A DNA stretch of 64,000 bases from an uncultured Aliarcobacter sp. GTDB lineage: Bacteria; Campylobacterota; Campylobacteria; Campylobacterales; Arcobacteraceae. The notes under the pieces were generated by a model. It was given only the letters and a program-made list of their open reading frames with translations, was not told the origin of the DNA and did not search any database. Positions 10,012 to 18,753 of this stretch are shown piece after piece. Location of the stretch: positions 2,080,001-2,144,000 of the forward strand of contig OY781945.1 in assembly GCA_963677435.1 (NCBI GenBank), given 5' to 3'. Position 1 is the first letter of the stretch, and each line of letters starts with the position of its first letter. The translations under genes were made by a program, and so were the position numbers.

Positions 10012-11586
10012 ATGATTGAAAAAGAGTTATCACCTTTAGAAATATTAAAAGCATCTCGAAATCCATTAAGAGTGATTGAAGATATTTATAAAGAAGCAGT
10101 TGAGGGAATTCCCCTGACTGATGATTATATAGGATTATTAAAATGGTATGGAATGTATCCACATATTAATTCTCAAGGTTTAGAAGATAAAAAATATTTT
10201 ATGAAAAGAATTAAAATAATTGATGCAAAAATGAATTTAGCACAATTAGAAGTTTTGGCCAAAATAGGTTTAAAATATGCTCAAGGTTTAGTTGATATTA
10301 CAAATAGACAAAATATTCAATTTCATTATATTGAGATAAAAGATCTTCCTGCAATTTTTGAATTATTACAATCAGTTGGATTAACTTCACGAATGGCATC
10401 AGGCGATGGTCCAAGACCGATTATGATATCTCCAGTAGCTGGTATTGATCCCCAAGAGATACTTGATACTTCATATCTGGTGAAAGATTTAAATGAATAT
10501 TTTGATAAAAATGATGATAGATTTTGTAATTTTCCAAGAAAATATAAAGTTGGAATTTCTGGTTGTGGAAGACATTCAGCGTCACATGAGATACAAGATG
10601 TGGCTTTTACGGCTTTTAAATATGAAAACGGTGAAATATTATTTGATTTAACTCTTGGTGGAGGTTTGTCAAAATCTAAACAAATTGCTTATAGAGCAAA
10701 TAGATATGTAAAACCTGAGCAAGTAGTTGAAGTAGCAGTAGTTTGTGCTGAAATTTTTAGAGATTATGGAAATAGAGGAAATAGGAATAAAGCAAGAGTA
10801 AGACACTTAATAAATGAATGGGGATTAGAAAAATTTGTGGATGAAATGGAGTCAAGATTAGGATATAAACTTTTAATTGGAACTATTGAACCTAAAATTA
10901 CTCCCTTTGAAAATAGAAATCATTTTGGAATTAATAAAGCAAAACAAGAAGGAAAATCTTTTATTGGATTTGCAACAAATTCAGGAAGAGTTGCTGGTGA
11001 AGATTTTCAAAAAATCAGCGATATTTGTAAAAAATATAATGTTGAGGGAATCTCACTTACTCCAACTCAAAATTTTATAGTATACGGTGTAAATGATAAA
11101 GATGCACAAGCCATAGCAGACGAATTTGAAGCATTAGGTTATCCATATAAACCAACTCCTTTTAGAGCAAGACTTCAATCATGTACTGGTAAAGAATTCT
11201 GTAAATTTGGAATTACTGAAACTAAAGAGTTTGCAAAAGTTGTGGTAACACAACTAGAAGAAAAATTTCCTGATTTTAAAGAAAATATTACAATGGCAAT
11301 TTCAGGATGTGGTAATGCTTGTTCTCACCCTCAAATTTCTGATATTGGTTTTGTTGGAACAAAAGTTAGAGATGAAAATGGAAATAGAGTTGATGGATAT
11401 GATGTTATTTTAGGAGGACAACTTCATGGTGTAGAAGGAAGTCGATTTGCACATAAAACAGATGTAAAAATCACAGCAGATAACTTAGTGAATTTTGTTG
11501 GCAAACTAATTGCATCTTATGAAATAGATAATCTAGGACAAAATACATTTAAAGAATATTTAAATGTTGTAGAATTAAGTAAATAA
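10012..11586 (+). CDS. Ferredoxin-dependent nitrite/sulfite reductase (siroheme/[4Fe-4S])
   Basis: LKWYG, TNRQNIQFH and PRKYK motifs. Fe-S/siroheme ligands in CTGKEFC and SGCGNACS. Confidence 0.9.
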   Translation: MIEKELSPLEILKASRNPLRVIEDIYKEAVEGIPLTDDYIGLLKWYGMYPHINSQGLEDKKYFMKRIKIIDAKMNLAQLEVLAKIGLKYAQGLVDITNRQNIQFHYIEIKDLPAIFELLQSVGLTSRMASGDGPRPIMISPVAGIDPQEILDTSYLVKDLNEYFDKNDDRFCNFPRKYKVGISGCGRHSASHEIQDVAFTAFKYENGEILFDLTLGGGLSKSKQIAYRANRYVKPEQVVEVAVVCAEIFRDYGNRGNRNKARVRHLINEWGLEKFVDEMESRLGYKLLIGTIEPKITPFENRNHFGINKAKQEGKSFIGFATNSGRVAGEDFQKISDICKKYNVEGISLTPTQNFIVYGVNDKDAQAIADEFEALGYPYKPTPFRARLQSCTGKEFCKFGITETKEFAKVVVTQLEEKFPDFKENITMAISGCGNACSHPQISDIGFVGTKVRDENGNRVDGYDVILGGQLHGVEGSRFAHKTDVKITADNLVNFVGKLIASYEIDNLGQNTFKEYLNVVELSK

Positions 11587-11608
11587 GAAGAGTTTTCTCT
11601 TCTTATTT
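11581..11608. terminator. Bidirectional intrinsic terminator
   Basis: AAATAAGAAGAG-TTTT-CTCTTCTTATTT between convergent genes. Confidence 0.8.
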
Positions 11609-11613
11609 ACTTT

Positions 11614-12012
11614 TTATATCTCTTTATTCCATTGATGATATAATTTTTCAATGTTTTCAATTTCTTTACGAGAAGGTTTTCTTCTACAAGATAAGTATCC
11701 TTTTGAACCATCACAACTTTCAAATGGATAAACAGTTGCAAATACCCAATAATATCCACCATCTTTTGCAGCATTTTTTACAAAACCTGTCCAAGTATCT
11801 CCTTTTTGAACAGTATCCCATAAACTTTTGAATGCTTTTTTTGGCATATCAGGATGTCTAACTATATTATGTGGTTTTCCTATCATTTCATCCAATGAAT
11901 ATCCTGCAACTTTACAAAAATAATCGTTTGCAAATCTTATTAGACCTTTTGAATCGGTTTCACTAACTAAAAATGAGTCTTTTTCTAATATTATCTCTTT
12001 ATCATTTATCAT
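11614..12012 (-). CDS. Stand-alone Aer-type PAS domain protein (CetB-like)
   Basis: LVSETDSKGLIRFAN...GKPHNIVRHPDMP...W-x-G-x-VKN...YYWV...Y-x-S-x-R matches the Aer FAD-binding PAS signature. Confidence 0.9.
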   Translation of the reverse strand: MINDKEIILEKDSFLVSETDSKGLIRFANDYFCKVAGYSLDEMIGKPHNIVRHPDMPKKAFKSLWDTVQKGDTWTGFVKNAAKDGGYYWVFATVYPFESCDGSKGYLSCRRKPSRKEIENIEKLYHQWNKEI

Positions 12013-12024
12013 TTTTTATCTCCT

Positions 12025-13260
12025 CTAGTTAAACTTTTTAGTTCTAGCATCAGCTAATAATTCACTTGCTAATAAAGAAACTTCTTGAGCAATTGATTTT
12101 ACTTGATTAGATTCAGCTGCATTTTCTTGTGTACCTCTATCTAAGATGTTTACAGCATCATTAATTTGTTCAATACCAGCCATTTGTTCTTTAGATGCTT
12201 TTGATACATTTTCAATAATATGAATTGTTTCAGAAATATTTTTATTTAATTCTTTATATCCTTCAATCATATCTGCTGAAACAATTTTCCCCTCATTTGC
12301 TTTTGCTGTTGCTTCTTGAACTAGATTTTTTATCTCTCTCGCTGCATCAGCACTTCTATTTGCAAGATTTCTTACTTCTGCTGCAACAACTGCAAACCCT
12401 TTGCCTGCTTCCCCTGCTGTTGCTGCTTCAACAGCAGCATTTAAAGAAAGGATATTTGTTTGAAAAGCAATTTGATCAATTACAGTAATTGATTCATTTA
12501 TTGCATGTACTTTTTCATTTATTTCATCCATTGAACTAGCTGTTTTTGCTGCTAGGTTTTCTCCTGAAAAGGCAGATTTTTTAACTATTTGTCCAAGATT
12601 TGCCATTTTTACTGCATTCTCTGCATTATTTCTTGTAATACTTGTAATCTCAACAACTGCAGCAGCTGTTTCTTCTAGTGAGGCTGCTTGATCATTTGCT
12701 TTTGATGCTAAATTATTCATTGATGATGTCATCATTGTAGAATTATGCTGTAGAGTTTCTCCATTTTCAAAATTAGCTCTTGCATTTTTTTCTAAAGCTT
12801 TACCTAATATGTTGATACTTTCCATTAATAGTTTCATATCATCTTTATATTTATCAATAACTTTGATGCTATCAGTAAAATCATTATTAGTGTAACTATT
12901 TACTACTCTTAGGATTCTAGTTGTTGCATCATTTAAACTGTGTAACATTTTATTTAATGTTTGAGTTAGTGTATGAATAGTTGGAGTTGTACTTTTAGCA
13001 TTTATTCTACAATTGTAAATACCTCGTTCAACTTTGTCAGCTGTTAATACAATTTCACCTAAAACTTTTAAATCTTCTTTATTTCTATTATCTATTTTTC
13101 TGATTTCTTCATTCCATTTTTTTATCACATTATTTACTTTTGAATTACTATTTGATTCTATATAATCAAATGTATTTCTTTCATAAGAAATAAATTCAAT
13201 GAATTGCATAAAATAATTATTTAAGACTTCTAGCTCTTTGTCAGAAATTGTACCGAACAT
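12025..13260 (-). CDS. Methyl-accepting chemotaxis protein, apparently cytoplasmic
   Basis: Signalling hairpin [37 protein letters not shown]. No obvious TM helix. Confidence 0.92.
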   Translation of the reverse strand: MFGTISDKELEVLNNYFMQFIEFISYERNTFDYIESNSNSKVNNVIKKWNEEIRKIDNRNKEDLKVLGEIVLTADKVERGIYNCRINAKSTTPTIHTLTQTLNKMLHSLNDATTRILRVVNSYTNNDFTDSIKVIDKYKDDMKLLMESINILGKALEKNARANFENGETLQHNSTMMTSSMNNLASKANDQAASLEETAAAVVEITSITRNNAENAVKMANLGQIVKKSAFSGENLAAKTASSMDEINEKVHAINESITVIDQIAFQTNILSLNAAVEAATAGEAGKGFAVVAAEVRNLANRSADAAREIKNLVQEATAKANEGKIVSADMIEGYKELNKNISETIHIIENVSKASKEQMAGIEQINDAVNILDRGTQENAAESNQVKSIAQEVSLLASELLADARTKKFN

Positions 13261-13333
13261 TTTAAATATCCTTTTTTTATTTTAAATATTGTAGTGTTTA
13301 CTAGCTTGTATTGAAATTAAATAATTATTTAAT

Positions 13334-13350
13334 TGGTAATAAAATTACCA
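13334..13350. promoter_or_regulatory. Perfect 7-3-7 palindrome (putative operator) upstream of MCP
   Basis: TGGTAAT-AAA-ATTACCA, about 75-90 bp upstream of the MCP start. Confidence 0.45.
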
Positions 13351-13560
13351 TGAATTCTTTATTTTATTTAATTTAATAATTTTTTTAGTAGATTTATAAT
13401 TAAGATATGTGATTTGTGAGAATAAAGTTTTCTTTTCCTAATACAAGACAAAAATTGTATTAATAATATAATATAATCATAATAATGATTACTAAATTGT
13501 ATGCAAGAAAAGAAATCTTCATTTGTGACATATAAAATTAGTATGAACAATTATAAACTC

Positions 13561-13583
13561 ATTTAGTGTTCTTTTGGTGGTAT
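13561..13583 (-). promoter_or_regulatory. Direct-repeat site, same motif as upstream of ccoN and hisC
   Basis: Minus strand reads ATACCACCAAAAGAACACTAAAT. Confidence 0.45.
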
Positions 13584-13592
13584 AAATAAATT

Positions 13593-14690
13593 TTATTTTA
13601 AAAGTTTATCAAGCACTTCAAGAACTTTTGTATTTTGTTTATTCGTACCAATTGTAATTCTTATTGCATTCATTTTATAAGAAGATAAATCTCTTAATAT
13701 GATACCTTTTTTGAGTAATTTCTCTGATAGAACTTTTGAATCAAACTTATTTCCGAATTTATATATAATAAAATTTGTATATGAATCAATATATTCAAGC
13801 TCTCTTTTTTTAGCAAACTCTTCGTATCTTAACATTTCATCAAAATTACTTTTAATTGTTTTATTTACAAAATCTTCATCTTTCAAAGCTTCATTAGCAG
13901 CAATCAAAGCTAAGGTTGACACATTAAATGGATTTCTTATTTTATTTAATGTATTGATAATATTTTTATCTGCAATTCCATATCCAATTCTCATTCCACC
14001 TAAACCATATGCTTTAGAAAAACTTCCTAAATATATGCAGTTAGGAAACTTAGTGATTAAATCACTTGCATTTATTAATTTATTTTTGTCTTTAAAACTT
14101 GCATATTCTTGATAAACTCCATCTACAACTACTAAAGTTTTTTTGGAAATCTTTTTTAAAAAAGCATAAACATCTTTTTTATCTAAACACTCACCCAAAG
14201 GATTATTAGGTAAACATAAAAAAATGATATCTGCACCATGTTTTTTATATAAATCATAAAGTTGTTCTAAATTATGTTCGTCATCTTTTGTTTTGATTAT
14301 TTTTACACCTACTTTTTTTGCAGAAATTTCATACATTGCAAAGGTCGTATTTGCCATAAGAACAGTAGATTTTTTATTACATCTTGCCTGAGTACAAATT
14401 TCAATAATTTGGTCAGAACCAGCACCAATGATTATATTTGATTTATTAACATCAAATTTTTTACTCAATGTATTTTTTAATTCATACATTGAATCATCTG
14501 GGTATCTAAACATTTCATTCATAGAACTTTTGATTTTAGCAATAACTTTTATAGAAGTACCAAATGGATTTTCATTTGATGCTAGTTTTATTATATTTTT
14601 TTTATTTATGCCATATTTTCTTGCAATTAAATCAATAGGTTTTCCAGCTTCATATGTTGGAATGGTGTCTAATAATTTATTAAATTTCAT
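13593..14690 (-). CDS. hisC: Histidinol-phosphate aminotransferase (class II PLP)
   Basis: KLASNENPFG, RYPD, PNNPLG, and the PLP lysine in SFSKAYGLGGMRIGY. Confidence 0.88.
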   Translation of the reverse strand: MKFNKLLDTIPTYEAGKPIDLIARKYGINKKNIIKLASNENPFGTSIKVIAKIKSSMNEMFRYPDDSMYELKNTLSKKFDVNKSNIIIGAGSDQIIEICTQARCNKKSTVLMANTTFAMYEISAKKVGVKIIKTKDDEHNLEQLYDLYKKHGADIIFLCLPNNPLGECLDKKDVYAFLKKISKKTLVVVDGVYQEYASFKDKNKLINASDLITKFPNCIYLGSFSKAYGLGGMRIGYGIADKNIINTLNKIRNPFNVSTLALIAANEALKDEDFVNKTIKSNFDEMLRYEEFAKKRELEYIDSYTNFIIYKFGNKFDSKVLSEKLLKKGIILRDLSSYKMNAIRITIGTNKQNTKVLEVLDKLLK

Positions 14691-14738
14691 TTTTTCCCTT
14701 TAAATTTATAATTTTTATTACTTATTTAGTTTATTAAT

Positions 14739-14761
14739 TTTTAGTGTTCATTTAGTGTTAT
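14739..14761 (-). promoter_or_regulatory. Direct-repeat site upstream of hisC
   Basis: Minus strand reads ATAACACTAAATGAACACTAAAA. Confidence 0.5.
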
Positions 14762-14862
14762 TAATCAATATTTCCAAATTAGTTCAAATTGTTATAACAA
14801 ATTGAGATAATTTTAAGCTTATTTTTGTATAATTCCAACCCAAAAAAATACACAGGAAACAT

Positions 14863-15171
14863 ATGAGAATAACAATATCTAACGAAGAATTTAACGAAAT
14901 ACAAAAAATTTTACTTCAAAATGACATGTCGTTATATAATAGATTTAATGAGGAATTTAAAAAGTCGATTTTATCATGCACACCAAAGAAAATTAAAGCA
15001 ACAAATAAAGCAAATATTGCAAAAAGAAGAAAGAGTAGAAATGCTATAACAAATGCAGTTAATATGTTAAGATTTGAAGATAGAGATATTACAGTTTATA
15101 GTGTTGCTAAAACAGCAGCAATTAGTTATAACACTGCTAAACAATATAAAGATTTTATACTCGCTCAATAA
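14863..15171 (+). CDS. Small basic DNA-binding protein with C-terminal HTH (DUF6262/TnpC- or Rep-C-terminus-like)
   Basis: CAGGA RBS and TATAAT at 14828. A basic helix KRRKSRNAITNAVNML is followed by HTH-like ITVYSVAKTAAISYNTAKQY. Confidence 0.65.
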   Translation: MRITISNEEFNEIQKILLQNDMSLYNRFNEEFKKSILSCTPKKIKATNKANIAKRRKSRNAITNAVNMLRFEDRDITVYSVAKTAAISYNTAKQYKDFILAQ

Positions 15172-15218
15172 GCTACAATATATACAAAAAAACTTCTATG
15201 ATTATATGAAGTTTATTT

Positions 15219-15504
15219 TGTATTTTCAAAATGATACAATAAAATGAAACATCAACTTTTATAATTATAAATAAGCTCAAAGCAAACTATTTACAATATA
15301 CAAACTGTAATATTTCAAAATGATATGACAAAAATTTTAGGATTTTTTACTCTAATATTATCGATTATATAGTATTTAATTCAATATTTTTATGATTAAT
15401 ATAAAATGATATGACAAAATGAAAGGGGTAAGTTTTTTATAAATAAAATTTAAAAAAGCAGTTTTAGAAGCTATACAAAGTGTAATATTTCAAAATGATA
15501 TGAC
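15219..15504 (+). repeat. Four periodic direct repeats (core AAAATGATA[T/C][G/A]A), 86-89 bp apart
   Basis: Cores at 15228, 15317, 15403 and 15492. Copies 15297-15329 and 15472-15504 are identical at 32/33 nt. Confidence 0.85.
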
Positions 15505-15515
15505 TTTTATTATAA

Positions 15516-16208
15516 TTACAGGTGTCCAGCATTAAGTAGCTTAACAATAATATCTTCTTCATGAATATCATTTTCATTTATAGCACTAAGATTAAAAAAA
15601 TCATACTTTTCCACATGCCAGAAAAGGTACTTATTTCTAAAATTATCTTTTTGGTAAGGGAAAGTTGCACTTATAGTTTCAATAAGAACTTTTTTGTTTT
15701 GTCTATCAATTAGTTGATATCTTATTTCATTAAATAAACCAAATAGCTTCTCTTGAGATTGAATATTAATCATATATCTTGCTTTTGGATTTTTTATAAT
15801 TTCACTTTTAATTGTTTTTCTATCAAATTTGATTCTTAAAAAATTATTGTTACTCTCACTTTGAGGTATTTTTATCTCTAAAAAACCCTTGATTCTTTTA
15901 TTAAAAAAGGTATCTTTTTTATCAACAAATTGTAAAAAATAATTGGTAGGACTTTGAGTTAAATCTAAACTTTCTATTTTACCATCATCATCTTTTTTTG
16001 GTAAACTATAAATTATTGGTTCTATTTTAAAAGTTTTATAATAATTTTTAATTACTTTTTGAATTAAAATATCACTAAAAGGTAAGATTATAATAAGAAA
16101 AAAAATCATTAATTGAACTAATCTACTTTTTATTATTTTATAGATTGTTCGTGAATATATAAATGCAAATATAATATAAAAGATGTTTACAAAAAAAGGT
16201 ATTACCAT
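15516..16208 (-). CDS. Hypothetical membrane protein
   Basis: 230-aa ORF with two N-terminal hydrophobic segments. A TGTCAC-N6-TGTCAC repeat lies upstream at 16254-16271. Confidence 0.6.
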   Translation of the reverse strand: MVIPFFVNIFYIIFAFIYSRTIYKIIKSRLVQLMIFFLIIILPFSDILIQKVIKNYYKTFKIEPIIYSLPKKDDDGKIESLDLTQSPTNYFLQFVDKKDTFFNKRIKGFLEIKIPQSESNNNFLRIKFDRKTIKSEIIKNPKARYMINIQSQEKLFGLFNEIRYQLIDRQNKKVLIETISATFPYQKDNFRNKYLFWHVEKYDFFNLSAINENDIHEEDIIVKLLNAGHL

Positions 16209-16321
16209 AATTATTTTCCATGTAAATTAATTATTTATATCATATCAAAATAATGTCACAGATTGTGTCACTCTTTTAATTTTTATTATTGAATTTTTTG
16301 ATTATTAAAAAATGAGTAGAA

Positions 16322-16348
16322 AAATCTCAACTTATAAGCTGAGATTTT
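16322..16348 (-). terminator. Probable intrinsic terminator after SLC13 permease
   Basis: Imperfect hairpin AAATCTCA(A)CTT-AT-AAG(C)TGAGATTT. Confidence 0.5.
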
Positions 16349-16353
16349 ATATT

Positions 16354-17688
16354 TTATATGAAGTATTGCCAATAAACTAAAGCGATAATTGTTACCATCA
16401 AAATCGCAATAATATTTATAAAAAATCCAAATTTTGCCATCTCTCTTACTTTTACAGCTCCACTACTCATAGCTATTGCATTTGGAGGAGTGGCAATTGG
16501 AAGCATAAAAGCGTACGAAGCACAAATTGTCGCAACCATTAAAATCAAAGTCATATCTATTTTTGCAACTTGTCCCAAAGAGTATATAATTGGAAGAGCA
16601 ATTGAAATAAGAGCTGTATTTGAAGTAACTTCTGTTGTAAATGTAATGAGGGCTGCAATCATTAATATTAAAGCAATTACAGGAAAATCTGTTAAAGCTA
16701 ACATATAATTTGCCACAACTGCTGCTAAACCTGTTTTTGAAAAAGCTGCTGCTATTGTAAAACCTGCACCAAATAAGAAAATGATTTCATAAGGGATATT
16801 TCTAGAGTCTTCCCAATCAAGAAATCCAATTTTTGGAACAAACATTAAAAGACCAAAACTTAATAATATTGCTGTTTCATTTAATCCTAAACCTGAATAA
16901 TAAGGTTCAATTTTAGAGTTTACTAATAGTGTAATAACTAATCCTAGTAAAATTAGAAGTAATCTTTTTTGATCAGATTGTAGTTTTTCAGTTACTTTTA
17001 CTTTATTATCAAGTTTAATATCTGATAAACCAATAGATAAAAGAAATGGAATTATAATTAACATAATTAATGCTAATGGTCCAGTTAAAAATATCCATTG
17101 AATAAAGGCAATTGGCTCAATAGAGTGTTGTTGCATAAATCCTAATAAAATAAGATTTGGTGGTGTTCCAATAGGAGTTATAATTCCTCCAATACTACAT
17201 CCATAAGCAATGCTTAAAGCCAATCTTGCTTTGAATTTCATATTTTCAGTTAAAAATATAGCTATTGGAATTAAAAGTAATGCTGTTGTTGAATTTGATA
17301 AAACAGAACTTAAAAGTGCTGATGTAAATGCTAATGAAAATATCATTCCCCTTGGAGTACTTGGGAAAATAGTCAATAACTTATTTGATATATATTTATG
17401 TAAGTTTGTTTTTTGAGTAGCTATTGCTATCATAAATCCACCCATAAATAAAAATATAGTTGTATTTGAATAATTTATTGTAGTATCTTTTATGTCTAAA
17501 ACACCAAAAGCTGGAAATAAAACAATAGGCAATAAAGAAACAACTCCAATAGGCAAAGCTTCATTTGTCCATAAAATTACAAGCAGTGCTATTAGAGCTA
17601 TTAAAATTGAATGTTGCGTATTAAAAAGAGTTGTAGCAACAAAAAAGAAAAGTGCTGAAGCAATAATTGAAATAATTATATTCTTCAT
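16354..17688 (-). CDS. SLC13/DASS family sodium:dicarboxylate/sulfate symporter
   Basis: SNSTT, GGIITPIGTPPN, TEVTSNTA and AFMLPIATPPNAI motifs; polytopic membrane protein. Confidence 0.92.
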   Translation of the reverse strand: MKNIIISIIASALFFFVATTLFNTQHSILIALIALLVILWTNEALPIGVVSLLPIVLFPAFGVLDIKDTTINYSNTTIFLFMGGFMIAIATQKTNLHKYISNKLLTIFPSTPRGMIFSLAFTSALLSSVLSNSTTALLLIPIAIFLTENMKFKARLALSIAYGCSIGGIITPIGTPPNLILLGFMQQHSIEPIAFIQWIFLTGPLALIMLIIIPFLLSIGLSDIKLDNKVKVTEKLQSDQKRLLLILLGLVITLLVNSKIEPYYSGLGLNETAILLSFGLLMFVPKIGFLDWEDSRNIPYEIIFLFGAGFTIAAAFSKTGLAAVVANYMLALTDFPVIALILMIAALITFTTEVTSNTALISIALPIIYSLGQVAKIDMTLILMVATICASYAFMLPIATPPNAIAMSSGAVKVREMAKFGFFINIIAILMVTIIALVYWQYFI

Positions 17689-17701
17689 AGTCTTTTACTC
17701 C

Positions 17702-18238
17702 TTATTTTTTGGGACGAAAAGCTTTAATAACCTCTTCATTACAAACTAAAAATGGTCCTTGCATTAAATCAATACAATATGGAATCGCTGGAAAAACTGC
17801 ATCTAAACACTCTTTTATTGATTTTGGTTTTCCAGGAAGATTTACAATAAGTGAAGATCCTCTTAAACCTGCTGTTTGTCTTGAAAGAATTGCAGTTGGA
17901 ACAAATTTTAAAGACTCTGCTCTCATAAGTTCTCCAAATCCTGGCATCATTCTATCACATACAGCTTCTGTAGCTTCTGGTGTTACATCTCTTAAAGCAG
18001 GTCCTGTTCCTCCTGTTGTTACAACTAAACAACATTTTTCATTATCAACTAAATCTTTTAATGTATCTTCAATTGTTTTTTGATTATCTTCAATACATCT
18101 ATAAACTGGTTCCCATGGAGTACTCAAATAACTATTAATTGTATCAATTATAGCTTTTCCTGATAAATCTTCATATATTCCTGCACTCGCTCTATCACTT
18201 GCAGTTACTATTCCAATTTTTGCGATTTTTTCACTCAT
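17702..18238 (-). CDS. mog: Molybdopterin adenylyltransferase
   Basis: SDRAS-x-GIYED, TTGGTGPALRDVTPEA, SRQTAG and NLPGKP. Confidence 0.95.
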   Translation of the reverse strand: MSEKIAKIGIVTASDRASAGIYEDLSGKAIIDTINSYLSTPWEPVYRCIEDNQKTIEDTLKDLVDNEKCCLVVTTGGTGPALRDVTPEATEAVCDRMMPGFGELMRAESLKFVPTAILSRQTAGLRGSSLIVNLPGKPKSIKECLDAVFPAIPYCIDLMQGPFLVCNEEVIKAFRPKK

Positions 18239-18753
18239 AATAAATGTCCTTTCTCTTTAATATAATATACATTTGCAAATCTTTTAAATAATTCATTTGC
18301 CTTTGAGGCATCTATTATTTTATCTACTCCACCTAAGTAAACTTCAATTTTTGTGCCTTTTTCTAGTAACTTTTGAAGTTTTTCTTCACTCCATTCATAA
18401 TAAAGTAACTCCTGTAACTCTTCTATTGTACCTAATTTAAAATACTTTGAAATATCTGTGTTTGTAGGATATTTTACATTAGTTAAAAAATTATGTACAT
18501 AAGCATTTGCATCTTTTTTAAAATACATAAGTTGAGTTCTTTTAAATTTATCATCTTGAGTTTGGAAAAAAGCAGGAGAGAAAAGTTGAAGTTTATCAAC
18601 TCTTTGATTTGTAGTTAAAGCTTCTTCAAAGGCTTTTATAGCACCATAAGAAAATCCGCAAATTGTAAAATCATTTTTAATTAAATATTCATCAAAAAGT
18701 TCTGATTCTTCAAAAAAACAAAAACCAGAAAAAAAATTTTTAGATATCTTCAA
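18235..18753 (-). CDS. bioV: Pimeloyl-ACP methyl ester esterase BioV
   Basis: FFSGFCF N-terminus, GFSYG nucleophile, DKII and GH-LL. Sits next to mog as in other Campylobacterota. Confidence 0.85.
   Translation of the reverse strand: MKISKNFFSGFCFFEESELFDEYLIKNDFTICGFSYGAIKAFEEALTTNQRVDKLQLFSPAFFQTQDDKFKRTQLMYFKKDANAYVHNFLTNVKYPTNTDISKYFKLGTIEELQELLYYEWSEEKLQKLLEKGTKIEVYLGGVDKIIDASKANELFKRFANVYYIKEKGHLL

Noticed and set aside
13368..13550. 60-aa minus-strand ORF
   Set aside because: TTG start with a weak RBS, no recognisable motif, and it overlaps apparent regulatory sites.
15219..15504. CRISPR array interpretation of the repeats
   Set aside because: The period is 86-89 bp with alternating, non-identical repeats and long AT-rich spacers, and no cas genes are present.
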